A stretch of 64,000 bases of DNA from Nitrosopumilus sp. (GTDB taxonomy: Archaea; Thermoproteota; Nitrososphaeria; Nitrososphaerales; Nitrosopumilaceae). Positions 38,567-48,488 of the stretch are shown in pieces. Below the pieces are notes generated by a model that saw only the letters and a program-made list of their open reading frames with translations, did not search any database and was not told the DNA's origin. The stretch is from positions 128,001 to 192,000 of the forward strand of contig OZ244651.1 in the NCBI GenBank assembly GCA_965218695.1, given 5' to 3'. Each line of letters opens with the position of its first letter. The stretch's first letter is position 1. A program made the position numbers and the translations under genes.

Positions 38567-39307
38567 AATATCTTCCAGAGGAGTGTCTGAGCAGACAACA
38601 TCAAGCTGTCTTTTCGTAATCTTGAAGTGTCTTTTGAGAAAACCGCTGCTGCCTTTTAGGAACAGACCGTCTGAGAGTGGTGCCAGTCTCCTGCATAGCG
38701 AGTTTAACGTATTCCTGTTTCCGATGGCAATTAGGATAAAGCCGTGTCCGGGTCTGATTCCAGCGTTTGTTATGGCCTCAGAGATCTGTCCTGTCAGAGC
38801 AAAACGCATTAGTATGTCCGTCTCCAGTTTTTTTGAAAGTAGGATGTCGTTTCTTTCTGCCTCCAATGAAATGTTGAGAATTTTTTCAAGATGCCCCCGG
38901 CCCGCCACAAAATTCTTAGAGACTGCCTGGAACCGGATTTCTGGATATGTGCGTCTTAAATCCTCTAGAAACCCTACCCCGATGGCCCCATTCCCCCTGA
39001 GGCCTATTATCTGAATCTGTTTTCTGCGTATCCTCAGGGACAGTATTCCTGATCCTCCGTGGATGAGTGGTATGATACTTACAACGTCGGCGTCGTGTAT
39101 TATTGTGGACCTGCCCTGCATTGCCGAAGAATCAGTACCGTTGACTGCGATCAGTATGTTTACAGTGTCAAATTCGTAGGAATCTGCAGGCTTCATCTCT
39201 ACTAACAAATCAAGCAGATCCTCAATGGAGAGATCAACTCGGCTGATCCGTATCTGGTCGGTTTGAAAGGATTTTTGTGCACCACCCATAAGGTTCACAG
39301 TGATCAT
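38537..39307 (-). CDS. ThiS/MoaD ubiquitin-like domain fused to KEOPS subunit Cgi121
   Basis: N-terminal LIAVNG.D......DVVSIIPLIHGG; C-terminal LETDILMRFA.T.QISEAI...G and LVERAA. Confidence 0.85.
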   Translation of the reverse strand: MITVNLMGGAQKSFQTDQIRISRVDLSIEDLLDLLVEMKPADSYEFDTVNILIAVNGTDSSAMQGRSTIIHDADVVSIIPLIHGGSGILSLRIRRKQIQIIGLRGNGAIGVGFLEDLRRTYPEIRFQAVSKNFVAGRGHLEKILNISLEAERNDILLSKKLETDILMRFALTGQISEAITNAGIRPGHGFILIAIGNRNTLNSLCRRLAPLSDGLFLKGSSGFLKRHFKITKRQLDVVCSDTPLEDILVERAAVLL

Positions 39308-39339
39308 CTATCCAATTTGGAGACTGGGGGATAATACTG

Positions 39340-39810
39340 TTATTCCGTCCTTGCAGGCTCTTCATCCGTGCCAGAAATGTTCTCTGGTGGTTTGGAATCT
39401 GTTTGTACCGATTTCGTGACTGCTTGCTCTGCCACCGGCTCTGAAACCGCCTGCTCTTGCTCTGCCACCGGCTCTGAAACCGCCTGCTCTTGCTCTGCCA
39501 CCGGCTCTGAAACCGCCTGCTCTTGCTCTGAAACCGCCTGCTCTGCTGTTGATTCTAGTTTGGCTGCCTTGGCAGCCAGTTCTGCCAATTCATTGGCGTG
39601 TGCAGCGTCAATCTGCGCCTGCTTGGTTTTTCTTTGGCGAATTTCCTTTTTGATGAATTTTGTAATGTATCCGGCAATCTCGTTTCTGAGACCCTTGGAA
39701 CGGATAATTGACACCTCTCCGAGAATCTTCTTATTGTCAGCAAAATTCTCTCCAAATTTTGACTTGTGCTTGTCCAGTACGTCATACGAGAGGCGTTTTA
39801 TCCTATCCAC
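39340..39810 (-). CDS. rps17e: 30S ribosomal protein eS17 with acidic C-terminal extension
   Basis: F..NF..NKK.L....IIRSKGLRNEIAGYIT. Confidence 0.95.
   Translation of the reverse strand: MDRIKRLSYDVLDKHKSKFGENFADNKKILGEVSIIRSKGLRNEIAGYITKFIKKEIRQRKTKQAQIDAAHANELAELAAKAAKLESTAEQAVSEQEQAVSEPVAEQEQAVSEPVAEQEQAVSEPVAEQAVTKSVQTDSKPPENISGTDEEPARTE
39425..39546. repeat. 33-bp tandem repeat x3 plus partial within rps17e (EQEQAVSEPVA)
   Basis: TGCTCTGCCACCGGCTCTGAAACCGCCTGCTCT repeated. Confidence 0.93.
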
Positions 39811-39840
39811 GCTCGTCTAAACAGACGGGGTTTTTTATAC

Positions 39841-40596
39841 CTATATTCCAAGGAACGATTCCGTGTTTTTCTCTAACATGGCCGCCGTCTCGTCAAACGT
39901 TCTTCCAATGACCTTTGATGCGCAAAATATGACACTTGGAATAAAACTAACCTGCCCTGATTTTCCCTCAAAGCATCTGGAAAACCTTACAGGACCGTCA
40001 GTCTCTACAAGAATTCTTGACTTGTCTGTTCTAGACAGCAAGACCTGCTTGTCATTTGCGTAAACCGCCACAGGCCCGTAGGATACAAAAAATCCCATGT
40101 CCATTGCCCTTTGAAGCTGTCTTTTGTTTCCGTCAAACCAATGAAGCAAGGCATGGGTTGAATCATAGGACGTCATTATTTCAAGGATATCGTCAAGGCT
40201 CTTTCTTGCGTGAATGGATACGGGTTTGTCAAACCTCTCTGCATATGCCATCAGCGTTTCAAAGACATGAACCTGTCTCCTTGCCTCCTTGTCATCCTTT
40301 GTGTATGTGGGATCCAGTCCTATCTCCCCTATTCCGGCGATATCAGAGTGGGATCGCTCTATCATCCCAGTCATCTCTTCAAGATTATCATCTGCATGCT
40401 CTGGATGAATCCCGACAAAGGGAAGAACCAAGTCGTCCCTCTCTGCAATTCTGATTGTCTGTAGGGAATTTTCCACGCTTACCGAGACGCAACATGCCTT
40501 GATCCTCAAATGTCTCATCTGCATCAAGATGAGATCCATGTCTTTGGCGTAGGCGGGATCAGACAGGTGAATGTGGGCGTCAAAGTACCAAGTCAT
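39841..40596 (-). CDS. tatD: TatD family nuclease
   Basis: DAHIH, GIHP, GEIGLD, IHAR, HWF, ETDGP. Confidence 0.94.
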   Translation of the reverse strand: MTWYFDAHIHLSDPAYAKDMDLILMQMRHLRIKACCVSVSVENSLQTIRIAERDDLVLPFVGIHPEHADDNLEEMTGMIERSHSDIAGIGEIGLDPTYTKDDKEARRQVHVFETLMAYAERFDKPVSIHARKSLDDILEIMTSYDSTHALLHWFDGNKRQLQRAMDMGFFVSYGPVAVYANDKQVLLSRTDKSRILVETDGPVRFSRCFEGKSGQVSFIPSVIFCASKVIGRTFDETAAMLEKNTESFLGI

Positions 40597-40685
40597 TGTC
40601 TGTCACTCCAAGAGCAGTAGTATTTGATGTCCTGTTAATATTTTTTCACTCATCCTCTTTTTTTAAGGAAACCAGAGCAAATTTC

Positions 40686-40907
40686 ATGCGATCATCGGAA
40701 CTGGGAATGTCTGCCATGTATAGATTCCTGAAGAAGGCGGGAGCCGAGAGGGTCAGCGACGAATCTGCAGACGAACTAAGAAGGGTGGTAGAGGAGATTG
40801 CCAGTAGCATTGCAAGGAATGCCGTAGAGATGGCATCACATGCAAGGCGGAGAACGGTAAAGGGCGAGGACGTAAAGATGGCCTCAAGGCAGTTTACCCG
40901 GTTTTAA
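40686..40907 (+). CDS. Archaeal histone
   Basis: R.LKKAGAERVS.......E..A..IA..A...A.HARRRTVK.ED. Confidence 0.94.
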   Translation: MRSSELGMSAMYRFLKKAGAERVSDESADELRRVVEEIASSIARNAVEMASHARRRTVKGEDVKMASRQFTRF

Positions 40908-40946
40908 TCTAAAGGATTTAATTATTCACATCATGTTTTGCAAAAC

Positions 40947-41018
40947 GGTGCGGTGGCAGAACGGTTATGCGTGGGCCTGCAAAGCCTATACAAGGGGGTT
41001 CGACTCCCTCCCTCACCT
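40947..41018 (+). tRNA. tRNA-Cys(GCA)
   Basis: Anticodon arm TGGGC-CTGCAAA-GCCTA, T-loop GGTTCGACTCC, U73 discriminator, one acceptor-stem mismatch. Confidence 0.9.
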
Positions 41019-41019
41019 T

Positions 41020-41445
41020 CTACTCTACAACCACTTGTCCCACCATCCATGGATGGAGGGTACAAAAGTAGTCAAACGTGCCTGCCTGCTCGAAGGTAAC
41101 CGTGTATGAATCGTATGGATTCATGTATCCGCTATCAAACAGATCAGTCGGGGCATCATAAAAGCCAGATGTCACACTATGGAATGCAGAATCCTCGTTG
41201 ACCCATGTCACGTCTACCCCCCTTTCAACTGTGATCCTAGTCGGAACGTAACACCCCTCAGTCTCCTCGCAGCCCGGGCGGGATACCTTTGTGGGCATTA
41301 TCACGTCGCCTGTCACGTCTGTATCCTCCGTCTTCTCTAATTCCATATCTACCGACTCGGCATCATTATTGGAAGTGCCAAGCGCGACTGCGATGACAAG
41401 TACAAGAACCGCCATTCCACCAACCGCTATCATCTTCTTTGGCAA
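41020..41445 (-). CDS. Plastocyanin/azurin-like blue copper protein
   Basis: N-terminal TM segment; W.N.D..FHSVTSG, YFCTLHPWM.G. Confidence 0.92.
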   Translation of the reverse strand: MPKKMIAVGGMAVLVLVIAVALGTSNNDAESVDMELEKTEDTDVTGDVIMPTKVSRPGCEETEGCYVPTRITVERGVDVTWVNEDSAFHSVTSGFYDAPTDLFDSGYMNPYDSYTVTFEQAGTFDYFCTLHPWMVGQVVVE

Positions 41446-41726
41446 GTCATCTCACACCCCTGAGATCATTCATGATGATTACTGGTATATCGAGACACAT
41501 TATCATTGTAACTGATCGCCCGTGGCACAAATCTGAATTATGCGTACAAGCCACCCACATAATCGGAACTGTCTGACACTTCCGATGAACAGGTCCATGC
41601 AGCCGGTTAGTTGCATCCTACAGGCCGTATGATGCTGCATCTGCTATCTGCCAGGATCTAAAATCCCTGATTTGACGCAACAGGCGAATCCGGCATTCGT
41701 AAAAAGATAAAAAGAGTCTGTTATCC

Positions 41727-42017
41727 ATGTTCTTCATGAGCCGTACCTGTACAAAGTGCAAGGGTGTAATACCTGATGACGAGAATCTTGACATGGTCGC
41801 AGCAAAGTATCCTGCATGCAACAAGTGCTGGAACGAATGGAAGGAATACCGCATAATGGTGATGAACGAGATGAGGCTTGATATGTCGATGCCAGACCAT
41901 AGAAAACTGGTCAAAAAACACGAGAAGATCTTCATTGGTGTCATGTCCCCTGAAGGAGATGTAATAGACTATTCCAACGAGGACAATCGGAAGCCCGATG
42001 ATCCCCCGGCCTGCTAG
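41727..42017 (+). CDS. YggX-like Fe(II)-trafficking/Fe-S protection protein
   Basis: CWNEW.....VMNE.RLDMS...HRK pattern. Confidence 0.75.
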   Translation: MFFMSRTCTKCKGVIPDDENLDMVAAKYPACNKCWNEWKEYRIMVMNEMRLDMSMPDHRKLVKKHEKIFIGVMSPEGDVIDYSNEDNRKPDDPPAC

Positions 42018-42475
42018 ACTCCAAGGTGCCTTTTGGCGTTATCCGGAATCATGAGCAGCATTCTTCTCTTGTCTGCCGCGTCAAGGCTATCTATGATTCC
42101 CCTGACAGTCTTTGAAAGTATGTCCTTCTCTCTTGCGTCGAGCATCAGAAATATCTCCAGAATGCCGTCCAGATTGAACTCAATCAGCTTTTGCGGGGAT
42201 TGCAGTGATGCTGTAATGTATGCCCGGAACAGCCCCTCCCTCTGCTCCTCAGTCAGCGTTGCAAGTATCTCAAGCCATGTCTTGAAGAGCTTTGCAAAGT
42301 TAGGAAACGGGATAGTCGGCCCTGCATCCAGCGCATGGCCAATAACTTCATCCCTCTCCGATTCCGAGAGCGAAAAGAACTCCATCATCCTCTTCTTTAG
42401 AATAGGGGTTCTTAGAAAGTCGGGAAGGCTGGCAAGATTGACTATTATGTTTCCTGCAAAGTTCTCTCCTAACAT
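42014..42475 (-). CDS. Conserved hypothetical protein
   Basis: Intact helical ORF. Confidence 0.8.
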   Translation of the reverse strand: MLGENFAGNIIVNLASLPDFLRTPILKKRMMEFFSLSESERDEVIGHALDAGPTIPFPNFAKLFKTWLEILATLTEEQREGLFRAYITASLQSPQKLIEFNLDGILEIFLMLDAREKDILSKTVRGIIDSLDAADKRRMLLMIPDNAKRHLGV

Positions 42476-42546
42476 GATTCTGCTCTGGAATGCGCCTTCT
42501 TATAAAAGCACTTTAGATTAAATACACGTAGCAAGAACCCCTCAAC

Positions 42547-43548
42547 ATGACGCTGACTGTGGTTGTCGGGGGTTTTTTTGGAGATGAGGGCAAGGGAAAG
42601 ATCATCTCATATCTGGCAGTCCGGGACAATCCTGCGATTGTAGTCCGAGGAGGGGCCGGCCCCAACGCAGGCCACACCATAAAGGACGATAACCAGACCT
42701 ACAAAGTCCGAATGCTTCCATGCGGATTTCTAAACCAGAACGCAAAGGTAATGATAGGCCCCGGCGTTGTAGTTGATCCTGCTGTGCTTGAACGGGAGAT
42801 TGACAGCTATGCCCCAGGACGCTCGTTCATAGACCGGAACTGTGGAATTATTGAGGACGCCCACCGGACCAGGGATTCCAAGGGGGATCTTAAGGAGAAG
42901 ATCGGTAGTACAGGATCCGGCACGGGCCCTGCCAATGCAGACAGGGCGATGAGGGTGCTGCGTCTTGCAAAGGACTTTGACTCCCTGTCGCATATCACTG
43001 CAGACGTCCCATTGGAGATCAACTCCGTGCTGTCTGCAGGCCGCAACGTCCTGATAGAGGGGACACAGGGCACGTTTCTGTCACTGTGGCACGGGACGTA
43101 CCCATTTGTGACCTCAAAGGACGTGACTGCATCCGGAATATGTGCTGATGTCGGCATAGGGCCCACCAAGGTCGACGAGGTGGTTATAGTCTTCAAGTCG
43201 TATGTGACCCGTGTGGGTACAGGACCACTTGGCAGGGAGCTTTTGCCAGAAGAGATGGAAAGAAAGGGATGGACCGAGTTTGGAACAGTCACAGGTCGCC
43301 CAAGACGTGCAGCAGAATTTGATTTTGATCTGGCCCGGCGTGCCATCATGCTTAACAGCGCAACCCAGATATCCATAACAAAGCTTGATGTGCTGTTCCC
43401 TGACTGTGCAGGCAGTACGTCCTATGATGGACTCTCAGATGATGCCAAGTCATTCATACAAAAGATCGAGGATGAGCTGGGCATCCCTGTAACGCTCATA
43501 GGAACCGGACCGGCAGTACAGGATGTCATTGACAGAAGGACTGGATAG
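42547..43548 (+). CDS. purA: Adenylosuccinate synthetase (short archaeal type)
   Basis: GDEGKGK, NAGHT, EGTQG, YPFVTS, GTVTGRPRR, TKLD. Confidence 0.97.
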   Translation: MTLTVVVGGFFGDEGKGKIISYLAVRDNPAIVVRGGAGPNAGHTIKDDNQTYKVRMLPCGFLNQNAKVMIGPGVVVDPAVLEREIDSYAPGRSFIDRNCGIIEDAHRTRDSKGDLKEKIGSTGSGTGPANADRAMRVLRLAKDFDSLSHITADVPLEINSVLSAGRNVLIEGTQGTFLSLWHGTYPFVTSKDVTASGICADVGIGPTKVDEVVIVFKSYVTRVGTGPLGRELLPEEMERKGWTEFGTVTGRPRRAAEFDFDLARRAIMLNSATQISITKLDVLFPDCAGSTSYDGLSDDAKSFIQKIEDELGIPVTLIGTGPAVQDVIDRRTG

Positions 43549-44266
43549 GTTTAATTTGAAAGAACCCGGAAGCCCATTCGTGAGCAAACACCCTGATTCT
43601 CCTGATGACGTGCTACCGCGATACATACAGGTGAACTCAATTCTGGAGTTTTCCAGACTCGTCTGCGCACTGGAGAGGGCACCACGCATATCATTTCTGC
43701 ACGATCACAACGGGCAGAAGATCCTCTCAACACAGATGGACATGCTTATGGACAAGCCCGTAATCTATTACACTCCGATGGAACATGACGGCCACTACCT
43801 GTGCTACGGACTGAGGAGTGGAAGGGAGGAGTCTGGAATAGTCGACTCCATTGCAGATACCTGCAAAATATATTCGCCGATTGTCAGGATTAAGTCGCTT
43901 CCCAAGACACTGCTTCCAGGCAACGGAACCCATGACAGGTATCTCCCAATCGAGCTGGAGGATACGTCCAGTCTTGTAAAGCTTACGTGGAATCTTGAGG
44001 AGGTGCCGTTTCCGCTGTTTCTATTCCCGTGCAGGGGCAAATGGCTGCTGGGACTCTTCATGACCTTTACTGAGGGCGGCGTGTCATACTTTTGTCATGT
44101 GGTGCTTGACGAGGATCCCCAGATGCCGTTTCTCAAGTTTTCAACTGCCAACGGCCACATGCCAGAGTTTGTCCGGGATCCATCCGAGCATGGCTACTCG
44201 TACATCAAGGTAATAAAACTCAAAGATACGCATCCGCTGATTGACTATGGCCACCTTCAAAACTAG
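43523..44266 (+). CDS. Conserved hypothetical protein
   Basis: Operonic between purA and pyrF. Confidence 0.8.
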   Translation: MSLTEGLDRFNLKEPGSPFVSKHPDSPDDVLPRYIQVNSILEFSRLVCALERAPRISFLHDHNGQKILSTQMDMLMDKPVIYYTPMEHDGHYLCYGLRSGREESGIVDSIADTCKIYSPIVRIKSLPKTLLPGNGTHDRYLPIELEDTSSLVKLTWNLEEVPFPLFLFPCRGKWLLGLFMTFTEGGVSYFCHVVLDEDPQMPFLKFSTANGHMPEFVRDPSEHGYSYIKVIKLKDTHPLIDYGHLQN

Positions 44267-44984
44267 ACTCCTGAATATTGCACAGTCAAACGGCAGGGTG
44301 ATCCTTGCAAGCGACTACGACCTGCCTGCACAGGATCTGTACCAAAAGACACTCCGGAACATCAAGGAACTGCACCCCCATGTATGTGGCATCAAGATCA
44401 ACTTCCACCTGCTTGTCCCGCTGGGCGGCAAGGAGATTGCATCCATCAACGAGGCTGCACACGAATACGGCCTGCAGACGATTGCCGACATCAAGCTCAA
44501 CGACATTCGAAACACAAACCGGATTGCAGCAGGACGCCTGTGGGATCTGGGATTTGACGCAGTCATTGCAAATCCGATAATGGGCCCGGAGAGCCTCAAG
44601 GATCTGACCGGACTGGCACACAGGGACGGAAAGGGTGTCATCTCGCTGTGCCACATGAGTGCCCCCGAGGCCAGAATCTCATACGAACTCCAGACAGGAA
44701 CCCGGGGGCAGCCACTGTACCGCCTGTTTCTGGAGTGGGCCCTTGCATCTGATGCAGATGGTATCATAGTGGGTGCCACATTCCCGGACATAATCCGATA
44801 CTGCTCTGAGCATGCAGCAGGACGACTAGACATATTCTCCCCCGGCGTGGGCACCCAGGGCGGCGATGCAGGCAGCACCGTCTCGTCTGGTGCAGACTAT
44901 CTTATAGTGGGCAGGACTATTCTTGGTGCCAGGGATCCTGTTGAGACTGCATCAAAACTCCGCCTACGCACCCTTGGCAAGTAG
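44247..44984 (+). CDS. pyrF: Orotidine 5'-phosphate decarboxylase
   Basis: ADIKLNDI.NT, MS.P, VGAT, SPGVG.QGG, IVGR.I. Confidence 0.95.
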   Translation: MATFKTRLLNIAQSNGRVILASDYDLPAQDLYQKTLRNIKELHPHVCGIKINFHLLVPLGGKEIASINEAAHEYGLQTIADIKLNDIRNTNRIAAGRLWDLGFDAVIANPIMGPESLKDLTGLAHRDGKGVISLCHMSAPEARISYELQTGTRGQPLYRLFLEWALASDADGIIVGATFPDIIRYCSEHAAGRLDIFSPGVGTQGGDAGSTVSSGADYLIVGRTILGARDPVETASKLRLRTLGK

Positions 44985-45386
44985 TAGCGCCTGCGCCCTT
45001 GTAAGCACCCTTCTTGCATTCTCAAACGTGGTCTTCTTCATGGCCTCGTCGTATTCAAGCCACGTATAGTTAAGATGCTCGTGGGATATCTGAATCCTGT
45101 CAGTACCAGTCTCGGCCAGGAAGAAGACAACCTTCTTGTATATTGGCTCCCCGTCGTGCTGGAAACTGTACCTGATCCACTCCTCAAAGTCCCCTACAAA
45201 GGACACGTCTGTAATCCCTGTCTCCTCCGTAGTCTCTCTTAATGCAGTCTGAAGCGCAGTCTCCCCTCCCTCCATCTTACCCTTTACAAAGTCCCAGTGG
45301 CCCGAGGGGTAGTGCAACAGCAGAAAAAGAGTCCTTGGACCGTTCCTTCTAAACAACACAATTCCTGCAGACGTCTCCCTTATCAT
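44964..45386 (-). CDS. NUDIX hydrolase (Ap4A hydrolase-like)
   Basis: HWDFVKG.MEGGET..QTALRET.EETG, SHEH. Confidence 0.92.
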   Translation of the reverse strand: MIRETSAGIVLFRRNGPRTLFLLLHYPSGHWDFVKGKMEGGETALQTALRETTEETGITDVSFVGDFEEWIRYSFQHDGEPIYKKVVFFLAETGTDRIQISHEHLNYTWLEYDEAMKKTTFENARRVLTRAQALLLAKGA

Positions 45387-46174
45387 CTTCCGAGCCTTCT
45401 CTTCCTTTCCTGAAATGTTCTGATTGCCCTCATCAAATCAATTTTTCTAAACTCGGGCCAGAATATATCCATAAAGACCAGCTCGCTGTATGCGCTTTGC
45501 CATATCAAAAACCCGCTCAACCTCTTCTCACCGGAGGTTCGTAGAATCATGTCAGGGGACGACTGCGGAAGGTGCGATGTGTACAGGTTAGACTCGATCT
45601 CATCCCTGTCAATCTTGTCCACATCCAGATCCCCGCCAACGACCTTTTGGCATATCTTTCTTACCGCATCGACCAGCTCGTACTGTCCGCCGTATGCCAG
45701 TGCAATATTCAAAAAGTGACCGTCGTACTCTTTGGTATCCTCGTCAAGCCTCCTTAGAACATCCCTTATTGGGTCCGGAAGCATCTCTGTTCTCCCGATT
45801 GCCTTGACTCTCATCTTGCATCTGTGAATTCTCGGATCCGCAAGTAGCTTCTCCAGTCTCATCTGAATCAGCTTGTAGATGTACACCAGTTCGTCATCCT
45901 TCCTCCTGAGATTCTCTGCAGACAGCGCATACAGTGTCACAATCCCGATGTCAAGCTCCTCGCACCAATCCAGAAGATTCTCCACTGCATCGGCTCCCTT
46001 CCCGTGTCCCTTTTGAGGCATCACCAGATGCCTTTGGGCCCACCGTCTGTTCCCGTCAAGAATCAACGCCACGTGGTTTGGTATGTCCCCGTTTCGAATC
46101 TCCCTTTCCAGTCTTCTCTCATAGATCCTGTAAAGACCCGAGAATCGAAATACGCCATCCTTTATCTTGTTAAT
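45383..46174 (-). CDS. uppS: cis-prenyltransferase (undecaprenyl/tritrans,polycis diphosphate synthase)
   Basis: IPNHVALILDGNRRWA, S.EN..R, YGG..E, RTSGEKRLSGF. The frame is open upstream of the GTG at 46072 to about 46174. Confidence 0.94.
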   Translation of the reverse strand: MNKIKDGVFRFSGLYRIYERRLEREIRNGDIPNHVALILDGNRRWAQRHLVMPQKGHGKGADAVENLLDWCEELDIGIVTLYALSAENLRRKDDELVYIYKLIQMRLEKLLADPRIHRCKMRVKAIGRTEMLPDPIRDVLRRLDEDTKEYDGHFLNIALAYGGQYELVDAVRKICQKVVGGDLDVDKIDRDEIESNLYTSHLPQSSPDMILRTSGEKRLSGFLIWQSAYSELVFMDIFWPEFRKIDLMRAIRTFQERKRRLGR

Positions 46175-46491
46175 ACCTGCCCACCTTTGGTATCATACCA
46201 CCATTGAAGATATCAGTGTTTTTAGGGGGAAATGCAGCAGTAGCCCAGCCAGCCCGAACTTTGGCGTATGTGCTTTGCGTGGCACGCTACTTTTGGCCAA
46301 TTGGCAAGAACCTGCCTTCTTGTCTGCCGATGTTCATGTCTGCGCAAGATCCAAGTGGCTGTTCTGGCAGCATCTGTAGTTATCCTGGTCCTTTCGTTAG
46401 TCGCATCGCAGCCAACTCCTGTTAGATTGCTTGGGTCGCCGTTTAGAGTGGTTGGCTATGGGCATCATGCGGCTTTTGGATATGCGGCACC

Positions 46492-47634
46492 TCAGTCTGA
46501 GACCATCTGCTGATCCTTGCGTCTTCTGTACTTTTTGAACAGGATCGTAGCTGAGATCAGCGTGACTGCCAAGCCGCCGAGTATGGGCGGAATCAGAGTA
46601 AAGGAGTTCTCATCATGAATCATTATGTTGGTGAACTGATGTATCGTCGGATACAGCGATGCCAGTACCACGATTCTTAGGATGTCCGTAATCTGTCTTG
46701 GAACTCCTCCGATCCAGTTGCTTAGCAGCGTTCCGGCAAGAATGGATCCCATCCCAATCCACAGGATCGGCAGCGATCCGGATATGAACTGTCCAATGAT
46801 TACCTTGTTTGTAATGATGTTGATGATCTCTGTTGATTCGTACAGACTGAAATCCACCGAATCGATTCCGGACGGAACAGATCCCAAAAGCAGCAGGATT
46901 CCTGCCAGCATTGTAAAGATCCTGACGAATCCCATCGGGGTGGGTTTGGACCAGCTTGTCCATCTCTTGTCTACGTCAAAGGCCCTGATCAAAAACGCCC
47001 CACCCAAGATGCTTACCAGCACTGCGAATATCTCTGCTGTATAGTTAAAGACGGTGGCGATTCCGCCAATCAACAAAAGAATTCCGGGAACCCCCAGAAA
47101 GAATTTGGAGTATCTAGAGTCATATGCGATCATCTTCAGATACCTTCCAAAGACTGCATACGAGTACTCTACACTCCTGCTTACCTTCATTACGACACGC
47201 TGGACTGACACTACCGGCAGAACGTTCTGGATGACGGGAATGACTGACTCGTCATCCTCACCATCAGACACTATGACTGCCCCGTCTGCCGAGAATCTTT
47301 CAATTACCTGTCTTGTCTCGGCAAGAATCTTCTGATCGGCTTGAACCCCTCTGTTCTTGACTCCTGCAATGGTGACCACCTCCACCTGATAGTTCTTGCT
47401 GACTAGATCTTCGTATGTCTTGATTGCCGCGAAGATGGAGTTTGAATCCGCATCCTCGGGATCCTCCAATGCCAGTCTCTGCGCAGCCTCGATGCATGCA
47501 TCCCTGCCTACCACCGGGGTCGTGATCCCTGCCTTCTCGCCTACGTCGTTGTCCCTGTCAACACAGATTACAAGCAGCCTGCTGGATGCAGACGCACTTA
47601 CATCCTTTTCGATTTTTTTGGAACGTTGGGACAC
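46492..47634 (-). CDS. DUF373 family membrane protein
   Basis: LVICVDRDNDVGEK, DPEDADSN, VSDGEDDE, multiple TM segments. Confidence 0.88.
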   Translation of the reverse strand: MSQRSKKIEKDVSASASSRLLVICVDRDNDVGEKAGITTPVVGRDACIEAAQRLALEDPEDADSNSIFAAIKTYEDLVSKNYQVEVVTIAGVKNRGVQADQKILAETRQVIERFSADGAVIVSDGEDDESVIPVIQNVLPVVSVQRVVMKVSRSVEYSYAVFGRYLKMIAYDSRYSKFFLGVPGILLLIGGIATVFNYTAEIFAVLVSILGGAFLIRAFDVDKRWTSWSKPTPMGFVRIFTMLAGILLLLGSVPSGIDSVDFSLYESTEIINIITNKVIIGQFISGSLPILWIGMGSILAGTLLSNWIGGVPRQITDILRIVVLASLYPTIHQFTNIMIHDENSFTLIPPILGGLAVTLISATILFKKYRRRKDQQMVSD

Positions 47635-47711
47635 GATCTTGTTATACAAAATTTCCTTTTTAACTTTAATAATTTTTGGCGCCTGCATGTACCATGTTGG
47701 GGTGTACCAAC

Positions 47712-48209
47712 CTATGGTCTGGCATTATCTGATGCCTTTACCCGTTCTTGGGATTCTGCCCTTAGTGATTCTATCCTCTGCATGGTCTGTGTAATCTGCT
47801 CTTCTGATTCTTCGTCTTCAATCATGCCTGCAAGAACCCTGGTCTCTGCAATGTATGTGTTGAACGTCTTCATTGCCTCCATGTACTCTATGTAGCTTGC
47901 CTGCCATTCCTCCGGCGGCTTTGATGTGACAAACTCGCTTATCTGGGATGTTACCTGTGATGACGTGGTCTCTGTTATTGCAACATACTCCTCTGATGTG
48001 ATGCTGCCGTTGAGAAGATTCTGGTACTCGATACTGATTGACTCCTGTAGCACCTCGTGAATGCCCTGTACCCCGTCGAGATGCTGTCTGTAGTCTGATA
48101 TGACAAACGTTGAATCGTTGCCCTGCGGCACCAACCATATCAGAAAACTTACCGCCGTCACTGCAGCCAGAATGATCCCTGTTGCGATCACTCCCTTTTT
48201 TGAGGCCAT
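47712..48209 (-). CDS. Membrane-anchored hypothetical protein
   Basis: N-terminal TM segment and helical body. Confidence 0.8.
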   Translation of the reverse strand: MASKKGVIATGIILAAVTAVSFLIWLVPQGNDSTFVISDYRQHLDGVQGIHEVLQESISIEYQNLLNGSITSEEYVAITETTSSQVTSQISEFVTSKPPEEWQASYIEYMEAMKTFNTYIAETRVLAGMIEDEESEEQITQTMQRIESLRAESQERVKASDNARP

Positions 48210-48488
48210 TTTGTGTTTTATAATCCTGATGCTTATAACTCATATCTGCCACCACGACATCCTGCAGTCTTCGTGTCATGAAGAGCCTCGTAATCCTGAT
48301 GCAGGCAGCACTCTCTCTTCCACACCAAGCATGCATCCAGTCGGATTGTCCCAAAAGCATGTTCCTGAAACCCGTATCATCCCTGGATTCAGGAATTCTG
48401 GTGGCAGAAGCAATTAGCATATCTCAACCCTATAGTCAAATAGCTTTCACAAACTCTTCCTAAATAACCCCACATAATCAGTTTGGGA

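Noticed and set aside
46200-46490. Possible transposon remnant between uppS and DUF373
   Set aside because: No TIR, TSD or convincing motif could be identified by eye.
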